Source of the DNA: a virus
Lineage: Duplodnaviria; Heunggongvirae; Uroviricota; Caudoviricetes
Strand: one strand, 5' to 3'
DNA: 64,000 bases
Virus record (IMG/VR): IMGVR_UViG_3300044445_000054
Position numbers and translations under genes: made by a program. Under the pieces are notes generated by a model that was not told where the DNA came from, searched no databases, and saw only the letters and a program-made list of their open reading frames with translations. Each line of letters opens with the position of its first letter. Within the stretch, counting starts at the first letter, position 1. This document shows, one piece after another, positions 36,569 through 45,273 of this stretch.

Positions 36569-36582
36569 CTTAAACATTTAAG
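36569..36582. promoter_or_regulatory. palindromic box CTTAAACATTTAAG (copy 4, same palindrome)
   Basis: About 40 nt upstream of the ATG at 36529. Confidence 0.45.
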
Positions 36583-36967
36583 GCCACACCGGCCTTATGC
36601 ACCAGACACACCCCTCCCGTCACCAGAAGCAGGGCTTCATGGTGTCGCTTGGTGGCCGCCGGGGCCGATGTGCTCAAAGCACGTCCTTTACTTAGAAGGA
36701 TATATAGGCGGGTATAGGTGGGGGTGCTGGGCCAGGTGGCTATCCATGCCCTAATCACCCCTAACCCCTTAGGGTAACACGCTTTTTTCTTCTAAAAATC
36801 GCACTCCCAATGCAATCATACCCCCACCGGTCGCATTATATTTTTCACGATTTCCGAGATATATAACTGGAATTGAGCCAAACCTGACGCATAATCGAGG
36901 ATTATGACCGCCAATGCGTCAAATCCGGGGTGTAAATCACGATTACACCCCGGATTTGACCCAAAAC
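36583..36967. other. 385-bp non-coding, lower-GC region adjacent to the primase-helicase gene (candidate replication origin / regulatory region)
   Basis: No credible ORF. AT-rich stretches (tatatatttttcacgatttccgagatatataactgg). Short inverted repeats (TGACGCAT...ATGCGTCA). A perfect 18-bp inverted repeat at 36918..36960. Confidence 0.4.
36918..36960. repeat. perfect 18-bp inverted repeat GTCAAATCCGGGGTGTAA-atcacga-TTACACCCCGGATTTGAC
   Basis: Lies 8 nt past the primase-helicase stop. No U tract on either strand. Confidence 0.6.
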
Positions 36968-39436
36968 CTAGCGCATCAGCGGCGTCGGCATCAAAACCTG
37001 CCGCAATGCCAGCCCGTGGACCTCGTGCCGCAGCTGACCCGTGCCATCGAAGTAGGACTGGGTGGTGTACCCCAGCTCGTCCGTCATCTGCATGAAGCGC
37101 TCGTACGTGACCCCGTATCCGCGTGCCACGTTCTTCATGAAGTCGATATACTGGTCGAACAGGGCCGTCAGATCGGCCTTGCCGCCCTCGATCGTCTCCA
37201 CCTTGTCCGAGGACTGGATGAAAGCCGCGACCGAGTTGTTCGCACGGGCCACCTGATTGAGCCGCATGATGTGGCTGGCGGGCTGGGTGTAGTCGCCCTT
37301 GGCCAGCAGCCGCTTCAGGCCCTGTGCCGCCCACGCGGCGATCGCCTCGCGTTCCTCCGCGACGAGGATTTTGTAGAAGTCGACGATCTTCTCGGCGTCC
37401 GGCACCACGCGCAGGAAGTCGAAGATCAGCCAGCGGCGCACGAACCCGCGCGACGTGTCCCGCGACCGCGGCAGATGGTTGGATCCGAACCACTGCGCCG
37501 CCTTCGGCTTGAACGGGAAGATGGCCCCGCCCTTGAACTCGGTGTTCTGTTCGGTGCCCTCGACGATTTCCTTGAAGGCCCGGCCGCCGATCGTCGCTTC
37601 CTCCGGCAACTCGCCGCAGACGTTCAGGCTCTTGCCGACCATCGGGGCCATCTGGAACCGCTCCGACCACAAGGTGGGCGGGACGGAGCAGGTGGCGGCG
37701 GGCGGCATCATGGCGCGCAGCACCTCCAGCGCCTGCGTCTTGCCGGAGCCAGCCTTGCCGTGGAGCAGGAACGCGCGCTGGAACTTGGTCGCGATGCCGA
37801 ACATCGTGGCCGCGAACGCCTCCTGCAGGGCCATCACCTTCTCGGTGTAGTCGGGATCGTCGCCCCACGACCGCTCCAGATATTCGAGCCACTTGTGGCA
37901 CTCGGCCGCCCGCTCGGGGATGTAATTGAACGGCATGGTGAAGGTCTTGCCGTACTTGGGCGAGTGGTCGTGCAGCACGAGGTTCGTGTCGAGGAACCCA
38001 TTGGCGAAATTGATCCCGTCCTCCAGCTCGTTGGCGAGCGGGGCGCGGCACAGCATCGCGATCGTCTTGGTGATCGCGACATAATCGTTGTGCCGACGCG
38101 CCAGCAGGTTGCCCTTGACGCGCTCGGCGACCTCGCGCTGGATCGCCTCGTCGTCCAGACTCTTGAAGTGCGCGCCGTTCCACTGCCAGAACAGGCCCTG
38201 ATCGTGGCGCAGCTCCCCGCCGCGGCCGATTTCCTCGATCACTTGGCGCGCGATGGCGGCGTGATCCTCGGCGATGTCGACGTCACCCTTGCGAGCGGCC
38301 TTGAAATCGGCCTTCAGATCGGCCTTCGCGTAGCCCACGTCCTTGGTGCGGGCGAAGATTTTCCCGGCCATGACCTTCATGTTGGCCTCGCTGAAGTTCT
38401 CGTCCGCCGCGAGCAGGCCGATCAGCTCGTCCACGATCTCGACCGTGCGGTCGATCGACGGCTCATGGACCATGTGCGCGTCCAGCCAGTCGGTCGCCTT
38501 CTCGATCGACCAGCGCTGGACCAAGTTCTTCTCGATCATCGCCGCGATCGCGGGGTGCGCCCGCTGGTCGTCGGTCAGCCCGTCGTCCCAGCCGTTCGGC
38601 AGGGTCGATCCGCCCTCGACGTCGCGCAGCAGGAACTCGACCAGCTTGGCCACGCCCTTCTCGGGGTCCATGTCGTCGCCCGACGACGTGGCCGTGAAGT
38701 TCTCGACCCAGTGGCGCATGTGGTTCATCGCCTCCACGAGCGTGAACCGGACGGCCTTGTCGATGCCGCGCACCACGCGCGCCAGATACCCGGCGTGCCG
38801 AACCATCTGGATGTCGCGTTCGCCCTGTGGCACCACGTCCAGCGGTGCGGAGCGGCCCGTCTGCGCGATGGTCAGGCCGGGCAGGTCGCCCAGCGCCTGA
38901 CGCAGCACCCGCTCGATGTCCGTCGGCAGGACTTGGATTTTGCCCAAGACCTCCCACAGGTTCGTGTCCGAGACATAGGGGCGCTCGGTCTTGGGGTGGA
39001 TCGAGGGCGGCAGCACCATCTGGTTGCCCTTGCCCAGAAACTCGACGATCGACTGGTTGTCGCCGTCGCGCAGCTTGAAGTTGGGCTGACCCTGCCAGCG
39101 GTAGATCAGGCCCATGCCCTTCTGACCGACGCGCTTCCACGGGGACGGCGGCAGGGCGGCGAGGATGGCGTCGATCTGCGCCTGATCCTCGGTGTCGATG
39201 TCGATCGCGCACAATCCCGAGGCCTCGCCGAACGGCAGGCCGATGTTGGAGTCGGGATAGGTGTGCAGCCACGACCGCCGGATCGCCTCCGATGGCATGA
39301 ACTCGCCGTACTGCGTCCACTCGTTCAGGATCGGGGCCTTACCCGCTCCCTTGCCGGGGCTGTTCCAGCGCTTCAAAGGCATGACGGGGATGCCCGCTGC
39401 CCAGTACAGCGGTGCGAAGTCCTTGAAAATGCTCAC
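36968..39436 (-). CDS. bifunctional primase-polymerase (PrimPol) fused to a D5/P4-type SF3 helicase
   Basis: N-terminal prim-pol block LPFGEASGLCAIDIDTED. C-terminal Walker A FLLHGKAGSGKTQA. 822 aa. Confidence 0.85.
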   Translation of the reverse strand: MSIFKDFAPLYWAAGIPVMPLKRWNSPGKGAGKAPILNEWTQYGEFMPSEAIRRSWLHTYPDSNIGLPFGEASGLCAIDIDTEDQAQIDAILAALPPSPWKRVGQKGMGLIYRWQGQPNFKLRDGDNQSIVEFLGKGNQMVLPPSIHPKTERPYVSDTNLWEVLGKIQVLPTDIERVLRQALGDLPGLTIAQTGRSAPLDVVPQGERDIQMVRHAGYLARVVRGIDKAVRFTLVEAMNHMRHWVENFTATSSGDDMDPEKGVAKLVEFLLRDVEGGSTLPNGWDDGLTDDQRAHPAIAAMIEKNLVQRWSIEKATDWLDAHMVHEPSIDRTVEIVDELIGLLAADENFSEANMKVMAGKIFARTKDVGYAKADLKADFKAARKGDVDIAEDHAAIARQVIEEIGRGGELRHDQGLFWQWNGAHFKSLDDEAIQREVAERVKGNLLARRHNDYVAITKTIAMLCRAPLANELEDGINFANGFLDTNLVLHDHSPKYGKTFTMPFNYIPERAAECHKWLEYLERSWGDDPDYTEKVMALQEAFAATMFGIATKFQRAFLLHGKAGSGKTQALEVLRAMMPPAATCSVPPTLWSERFQMAPMVGKSLNVCGELPEEATIGGRAFKEIVEGTEQNTEFKGGAIFPFKPKAAQWFGSNHLPRSRDTSRGFVRRWLIFDFLRVVPDAEKIVDFYKILVAEEREAIAAWAAQGLKRLLAKGDYTQPASHIMRLNQVARANNSVAAFIQSSDKVETIEGGKADLTALFDQYIDFMKNVARGYGVTYERFMQMTDELGYTTQSYFDGTGQLRHEVHGLALRQVLMPTPLMR

Positions 39437-39439
39437 GAA

Positions 39440-39646
39440 TTATGCTCCGAGGAGAGGGTTCTGAGGCGGAAAGTCATCGTCATCGGCCGGACCGATGCCG
39501 GATTTCACGCAGACTGCCGCGCCGACGAGCCACAGGAAGCCCAAGACGGGCTGGCCGTGGCGGGCCGCGGCGATGCCGAGGACCGCGAGGATCGCGGCGG
39601 CGATGATGTTCCCTATGCCGATCGCATAGGTGTTCGGGATTTTCAT
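39440..39646 (-). CDS. small membrane protein (68 aa)
   Basis: MKIPNTYAIGIGNIIAAAILAVLGIAAARHGQPVLGFLWLVGAAVCV. GGAGCC SD. ATGA coupling. Confidence 0.4.
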   Translation of the reverse strand: MKIPNTYAIGIGNIIAAAILAVLGIAAARHGQPVLGFLWLVGAAVCVKSGIGPADDDDFPPQNPLLGA

Positions 39647-40140
39647 CGGTAAGGCTCCAGTCTTTTCATGAATTGTTCGCGGTCGGCCTCCGACACGAGG
39701 TCGTCCAAAATCTTGATGACCTGCTCCTGAAACTCGCCCATCTTCTGCACCGTGGTGTGGCGCTCGGCGAGTTTCAGCATGCGCTCCAGCTGGTCGCCCT
39801 TGGTTTTCAGGAGGGCGAGCTTCTCGCGCACATCCATGCCATCTGTGGCGTCCAGATCGTTGAGGCTCTTGATCGTGGCCCGGATTTCGTCCAGAACCAG
39901 CTGTTCGTCCTCCGCGGACAGGCGAATGTCCTTGGTCGGGCGGCCTCGTCCGTTCTTGGACTCGACCTGCACCTCCTTTTCGACGATCTTCTCGATCACC
40001 TTGGGCGCGAGCAGCTCGGCCAGCGCCAGCTTGGTCTCGTCGTCGTACGGACAATCGGGGTTTTCGAGGGTATCGAGCTGGCTTTTCAGCCCGATCAGGC
40101 CGGTCAGGACGGCCAAGCGGAGGGGAGGGAAGTTGCTCAT
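39643..40140 (-). CDS. hypothetical protein (165 aa); first gene of the minus-strand arm
   Basis: Good composition, acidic and helical. Confidence 0.55.
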   Translation of the reverse strand: MSNFPPLRLAVLTGLIGLKSQLDTLENPDCPYDDETKLALAELLAPKVIEKIVEKEVQVESKNGRGRPTKDIRLSAEDEQLVLDEIRATIKSLNDLDATDGMDVREKLALLKTKGDQLERMLKLAERHTTVQKMGEFQEQVIKILDDLVSEADREQFMKRLEPYR

Positions 40141-40182
40141 GGGCCTGTCCTACCCGGATCGCCCGTACGCGCAACGCCTATT

Positions 40183-40210
40183 CCCGTTTCTACAGGGTAA
40201 GAAACTCGGG
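40183..40210. promoter_or_regulatory. operator-type palindrome CCCGTTTCTAC-AGG-GTAAGAAACTCGGG in the divergent control region between the minus and plus arms
   Basis: Same TTYTAC-AGN-GTARAA core. Sits between the start of 39643..40140 (-) and the start of 40279.. (+). Confidence 0.5.
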
Positions 40211-40278
40211 CTGGTTGCCTCATAACCGCTTTATTTTGGGCTGGGTCGGAGATACCCCGCCACTCTCAAGGAGCACCT

Positions 40279-43200
40279 ATGGCCGACGTGAAGACCTCTG
40301 CGTTCATGCTTTCGAGCGCGACGATCATGATCGGCCGCGCCTTCGTGGACGACGTGTTCGCCCTGACCCCCGACAAGCACTCCGTCGGCATGGTGTCCGA
40401 AGTCAACATCACGATGGACAGCTCGCTCACCGAGCTGACGAACGGCGTTGCACAGGCGACGGTCGACTCCAAGCGCACCGGCCTGAGCACGGCAATCAGC
40501 GGCAACGTCTTCGAGATGACCGCCCAGAACTTCCTCCGCGCACAGGGCATCACGACCGCCGCGACGCCCGTCAAGCGCGGCATCCTGATGGGGTCGGCCG
40601 CTGGTGGCTCGACCTCGCTCTCGGTCGCCTCCGACCCAATCCCCGGCGAAGCCACGTCGGCGCTCACGTCTGTCGGCGACATCCCGGCAGGATCGACCAT
40701 CCTGATCCAGCGCGGCGACGGCGAGACCGATTACATCTTCCCGACCGTGTCGAGCGGCGCGGCGACGCTGAACGCCGGGCGCTACACGATCCCGATTGCG
40801 GGCGCGAGCGCGGTCCCCGCCGACATGTCGTTCCTGATCGGCGCACGGGTCTGGATCGTCCAGCCCGTCCCCGTTGGCGACATCGGCGATGACGAGTTCT
40901 TCTGCGTCAAGATCGTCGGCACCCTGTCCAACTTCGATCGGCCGGTGGTCTACATCGCGCCGAAGGTGAAGATGGTAAAGGGCTTCTCGGCCGCCTTCAA
41001 CGAGACGCAGTACAGCTCGATGCAGTGGGAGCTGAAGCCCCACATGATGAGCCGCGGCGAGATCGCCTCCGGTGGCCGCCTGTCCGAGATCGGCGCGCGT
41101 CGCACCGGCCGCCTGTTCGTGGGCGCGGGCAACGACAGCGCAACGCCGGGGGCCGTTGTCCCCGACGCCACGTTCTCGACCAACCCCAGCTTCACGCCGA
41201 CCAGCGGCAACTCGGACACGGTCTTCACCGCCAACGACGGTGTCATCGTCAACGGCGCGTTCGCCGGACGCCGCTGGCTGCTCAGCGGCACGGCGATCGG
41301 CAGCGGAGCCACGATCAAGACGAACGCCGCGGGCCAGCTGGTGCTGGAAGTCTCGGCGCTCGGCACCAATGGTCGGGTCATCCAGTACACGACCGCGCCG
41401 CTCACGGTCGCCGCGGCTGCTGCCAAGACGCTGACGTTCCGCAACCCGCCGACGGTTCAGCTGAACGAGGGCGACTCGGGCACCAAGACCTTCACCTACT
41501 ACATCGACGCGTCGGAGGCTCCGACCAGCAATCTTGTTGTTCCGCTTACGTTCCAAGCGGGCGGCACCGACGCCTCGGATTATCCGGGCGGCACGCTGCC
41601 GTCGGTGACGAGCGCCACGATCCTCGCCGGGCAGACGTCCGTGCGCGTCGACATCGTCACTTCGGGCGACACGACGGTCGAGGGCAACGAGACCTTCAAC
41701 CTCCTGCTGTCGACGCCGACCGGCTGGACCGTCGGTGCCTTCACCAGCGCCAGCGGTGTCATCCTGAACGACGACGTCGCACCCAGCCCGACCGTCTCGC
41801 TCACCGCCGTGGATCCTCAGAACGAGGGCAACAGCGGCGTCACCAACTACGTCTATACCGTGACCCGCTCGTCCACGAGCGGTGCGGTCAACGTGCCGTG
41901 GGCGTTCGCGGCAGGCACGACCAATGCGGCCGACTTCTTCGGCGGCCTGCCAACGGGCGGCACGGTGGCGCTCGCCAACGGCGTGGCATCCGGCACCTTC
42001 ACCATCATGGTGCAGGGCGATGTCGACGTCGAGTCGAATGAGACCTTCACGGTCAGCCTGAACCCGCCGTCGGGGTACATCCTCGGCGCGACGAGCAGCG
42101 CGACGGGCACGATCCTCAACGACGACACGGTCTCGGCGATCGTGCCGTTCACGTCGGCGTTCATGACCGGCGATAGCCGCATGGACAACTCGGGCGGTCG
42201 AGGGGTAACCACAACCCTTTCGCTCACCTACGGGCAGACGGGTTACTCCAGCGCCGGGTTGATCCAGCCCATGCTTGGCAACAAGTGGCTTTGGCCGGAG
42301 GGGTTCCAGCGGTCGGTCGGTGCCAGCACCACGCTGCGCATGGTCGAGGCAAATAAGACCGCCTCGTTTGCGCTGACGGGAAACACAGCGTTCGACAGCA
42401 CCGCCAACGTTTACGACAAAATCTTCAACCGTGGCGCTGACGGTCGCTACGCCCTGCGCGATCCGGGCACGGGCGCGCACGTCTTCGAGCTGAACAGCGT
42501 GAACGACGGCGGCGGCAACGGGTACTATAATCAGCCCTTTACCGCTTCCAAGTCGATCATTCATACCGCCGCAGACATCGACGCCAATCTGGCGGCGGGC
42601 AAGGTGGTGTGGCTGTTCAACGGGTGCCCGTCGTACGCATCGGCGTACACGATGGAGCTTCGCACGATCACCGGGAATAGTTGGACTGCGACCCAGACGG
42701 CTGGCTTCATCGACGGCTTCGATTACGGCGCACCCGGCGTAGTCGGTGAGTTCGGTAGCACGCCCGCTGATTACCGAGTCATGACCCGCAAGGGCAGCAA
42801 CCCCGGTCAGTACGAATACACGGTCGACGCCAACGGCAACTACGTCGCGGGCGGCACGGCACCGACGCGAGTGTGGGTCACGCACACGGGCGGCGGCACC
42901 CTAAACGCGATCACGCCGACTTCCTCGCACATCAAGACCATGTGGGCGTGGTACAACAGCAACGCCGCAAACTTCGTGTATAACGGCAATGACTACGGCA
43001 TTCCGGGGTGTCGCTACAACCGCGATCCGAAGCGGCTCATCATCGTCGATACGATGAAGTGGCTGCGCGCTGACCTAAATGACGGCGACGTCATGGCGGC
43101 CAAGCCCGGCACGATGGACATTCTGCGTTTGCACCACAACATTCTCGGTGCATTCTGGATCAGTAAGGCCGTCGAAGAGGCGATGGCCACGGCGGGTTAT

Positions 43201-44232
43201 GCCGCACAGCCGTCGCTCGACAAGCGCCCGATGCGCAACAACTGGCCTGCGGCGATGGCAGCGGGAACTGCAAATCCGACGCTGACTTGCACTCTTCCTC
43301 CGTCCATGCGGATGGCCGTTCCGACTCAGCTGCGTCTCGGAACCGTCGTTGTTGGTCTGGTGGACACGGCAACTGGCAATATCACAACGGCCCCTGGCGC
43401 GACTTATGCAATTACGGCGGGCAATATCAACTTCGCAACGGGTGCGCTTACCGTGACGTTTGCGGGAACGCCGCCTAACAGCACTCGACTGTATTGCGAG
43501 CAGGATTTCGGCGACGGCGCGGGCGTTGGGGGAAATCTGATCCTTAACGGCATGCTTGACATGACGCCCTTGGACGGAAGCAACATCAACTTCGCTCGCA
43601 CGGGCACCTCAACGATAACGGGCATCGCGAACTCGGAAGTCCCCGTGGGATACACGCTCCAGTCGTCGGGCAATGGTATGAACACGGCGATTGCAAACGG
43701 CACCGCATCGCTGACGGTGAGTTCCGACACCACAAACGGGTATCCGATGTTCCGGCTGTCTGCGAAGGGTATCCACAGCTCAGCTATTGCCTTCACGCTG
43801 CAGCAGGCCAACGGGCCGTACGCGGCTCTGGTCCAACCCACCGACAAGATTATGGCAGGGGCAACTCTGGTTCTTGAAGCTGGCTCGGACGGCTGGCTGT
43901 ACGGCTTCGGTGGTTGCAATGTGTCGGGTACGCTGTCGATCCCCACGACCGATAAGACCGGCCCCAACGGTACGTTCGCGGTTACGCAGGTTTCCTCGAA
44001 TGGATCGCGACTGGGTCAGAACGCGCAGAGCCTGTATGTGGACAGCGCGCTGCTTGCCGCCAACGGGGGGCAGCCGTTCAAGAACCACTACCTCGGGCCT
44101 CAAGTCCAACCTGACGTGCAGCCGACTGGCACCGGAGGGTCGTTCTCCTTTTCGGTCGGAGCCAACGTCCCTTTCAGTTTCAAGATTGGCATTGGCCAGT
44201 ATCACTCGCGCGTTCGCAACGACGTAACCTAA
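40279..44232 (+). CDS. 1317-aa virion protein: N-terminal major-tail-protein-like domain, three Calx-beta-like repeats, large C-terminal domain
   Basis: Residues 1-~290 are highly similar (I estimate roughly 80%, not computed) to the 283-aa protein at 54975..55823. Repeats of VDIVTSGDTTVEGNETFNLLLS / VQGDVDVESNETFTVSLN. AAGGAG SD. Confidence 0.8.
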   Translation: MADVKTSAFMLSSATIMIGRAFVDDVFALTPDKHSVGMVSEVNITMDSSLTELTNGVAQATVDSKRTGLSTAISGNVFEMTAQNFLRAQGITTAATPVKRGILMGSAAGGSTSLSVASDPIPGEATSALTSVGDIPAGSTILIQRGDGETDYIFPTVSSGAATLNAGRYTIPIAGASAVPADMSFLIGARVWIVQPVPVGDIGDDEFFCVKIVGTLSNFDRPVVYIAPKVKMVKGFSAAFNETQYSSMQWELKPHMMSRGEIASGGRLSEIGARRTGRLFVGAGNDSATPGAVVPDATFSTNPSFTPTSGNSDTVFTANDGVIVNGAFAGRRWLLSGTAIGSGATIKTNAAGQLVLEVSALGTNGRVIQYTTAPLTVAAAAAKTLTFRNPPTVQLNEGDSGTKTFTYYIDASEAPTSNLVVPLTFQAGGTDASDYPGGTLPSVTSATILAGQTSVRVDIVTSGDTTVEGNETFNLLLSTPTGWTVGAFTSASGVILNDDVAPSPTVSLTAVDPQNEGNSGVTNYVYTVTRSSTSGAVNVPWAFAAGTTNAADFFGGLPTGGTVALANGVASGTFTIMVQGDVDVESNETFTVSLNPPSGYILGATSSATGTILNDDTVSAIVPFTSAFMTGDSRMDNSGGRGVTTTLSLTYGQTGYSSAGLIQPMLGNKWLWPEGFQRSVGASTTLRMVEANKTASFALTGNTAFDSTANVYDKIFNRGADGRYALRDPGTGAHVFELNSVNDGGGNGYYNQPFTASKSIIHTAADIDANLAAGKVVWLFNGCPSYASAYTMELRTITGNSWTATQTAGFIDGFDYGAPGVVGEFGSTPADYRVMTRKGSNPGQYEYTVDANGNYVAGGTAPTRVWVTHTGGGTLNAITPTSSHIKTMWAWYNSNAANFVYNGNDYGIPGCRYNRDPKRLIIVDTMKWLRADLNDGDVMAAKPGTMDILRLHHNILGAFWISKAVEEAMATAGYAAQPSLDKRPMRNNWPAAMAAGTANPTLTCTLPPSMRMAVPTQLRLGTVVVGLVDTATGNITTAPGATYAITAGNINFATGALTVTFAGTPPNSTRLYCEQDFGDGAGVGGNLILNGMLDMTPLDGSNINFARTGTSTITGIANSEVPVGYTLQSSGNGMNTAIANGTASLTVSSDTTNGYPMFRLSAKGIHSSAIAFTLQQANGPYAALVQPTDKIMAGATLVLEAGSDGWLYGFGGCNVSGTLSIPTTDKTGPNGTFAVTQVSSNGSRLGQNAQSLYVDSALLAANGGQPFKNHYLGPQVQPDVQPTGTGGSFSFSVGANVPFSFKIGIGQYHSRVRNDVT

Positions 44233-44244
44233 GAGGATAAAGAC

Positions 44245-45219
44245 ATGATGAAGTTTTTGATTGCTGCTGCAGCGATGCTTTGGGCGTCGCCCGTAGCCGC
44301 TGCTGATCTGACGGCGACCCCGTCGACCTACAAGACCGTCGCCGCCGCGGCCAAGTGCGGCGACACGGTGACGCTGGCGGCCGGTGACTACGGCGCGGTG
44401 CAGGTCACGCGCTACAACACGCCGGGTGCGATCGCGTGCCCCGCCGACAACCGCATCGAAATCCGCGCCGAGGATGCGCGAATGGACTCGCTGACCTTTC
44501 GCGCCGTGCAGGGCGTCAACTGGTTCGGCGGCTTCATCAGCGCACCGCTGGGCGTCGCCACCCCCGGCGTGACGATGGACAGCTCGCGCTTCGTCCGCTT
44601 CGCAGGCGGACTGGTCACCGGCCACAAGGTCGGCGTCACCGCGGTGCGCGGCTCCGACTATGAGATCGTCGGCAACCGCTTCCAGGGTCTGCGCAGCGAC
44701 GGTATCAATGTAACCTCCTCGCAGCGCGTGCTGATCGAGAGCAATCAGGTCGTGATGACGGTGCCGATCAAGGCGACGTACACGCCCGAGGGCAAATTGC
44801 TGGTCGACGGCGACCATTCGGACGGTGTCCAAGCGTGGAATACGGCGGGCCTGCCGCGCGTGACCGATGTGACGATCCGCGGCAATTACTTCCGCGGCAT
44901 GATGCAGGGTATCGCGGTGTTCGACGCGGGCAAGGGCGGCGTCGACCGCTTCATCGTCGAGAACAACACGATCGATGGCATCGACTTCTGGCACGGCATC
45001 ACGCTGACCGAGGCGCGCGACAGCGTGATCCGCGATAACATCGTGCTGACGCGCAAGGGTGCCAAGGCGTGGAACTTCCCGTTCCAGCCCATCAAGACGT
45101 GGGTGTCGATCCCCGGAGCGATCAACGTGGTCGCCTGCGGCAACACCGTCCCGGCGATGCCCGGCGGCGTGGGCACCAAGCCCTGTTCGGCGGCCACTGC
45201 CTTGCGGTCTGCCAAGTAA
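44245..45219 (+). CDS. secreted right-handed beta-helix (pectate-lyase-fold) protein
   Basis: Signal peptide MMKFLIAAAAMLWASPVAAA. Repeated xNxxIxxN beta-helix rungs (IESNQV, IRGNYF, VENNTIDG, IRDNIV). Confidence 0.65.
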   Translation: MMKFLIAAAAMLWASPVAAADLTATPSTYKTVAAAAKCGDTVTLAAGDYGAVQVTRYNTPGAIACPADNRIEIRAEDARMDSLTFRAVQGVNWFGGFISAPLGVATPGVTMDSSRFVRFAGGLVTGHKVGVTAVRGSDYEIVGNRFQGLRSDGINVTSSQRVLIESNQVVMTVPIKATYTPEGKLLVDGDHSDGVQAWNTAGLPRVTDVTIRGNYFRGMMQGIAVFDAGKGGVDRFIVENNTIDGIDFWHGITLTEARDSVIRDNIVLTRKGAKAWNFPFQPIKTWVSIPGAINVVACGNTVPAMPGGVGTKPCSAATALRSAK

Positions 45220-45245
45220 CGGTTGCCCCACAACCATTTGATCTT

Positions 45246-45273
45246 GCCGTCGCCTTCAATCTAAGGCGACGGC
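45246..45273 (+). other. 9-bp hairpin GCCGTCGCC-(10 nt)-GGCGACGGC abutting the terminase ATG
   Basis: The right arm ends 1 nt before the ATG at 45274 and contains the only SD-like AAGG. Approximate coordinates. Confidence 0.4.

Noticed and set aside
36914-39652. 912-aa plus-strand ORF
   Set aside because: Antisense to the PrimPol-helicase gene, which has clear motifs. Classic high-GC artefact.
40231-42885. 884-aa minus-strand ORF
   Set aside because: Antisense to the 1317-aa virion protein gene. Low-complexity Arg/Gly/Ala.
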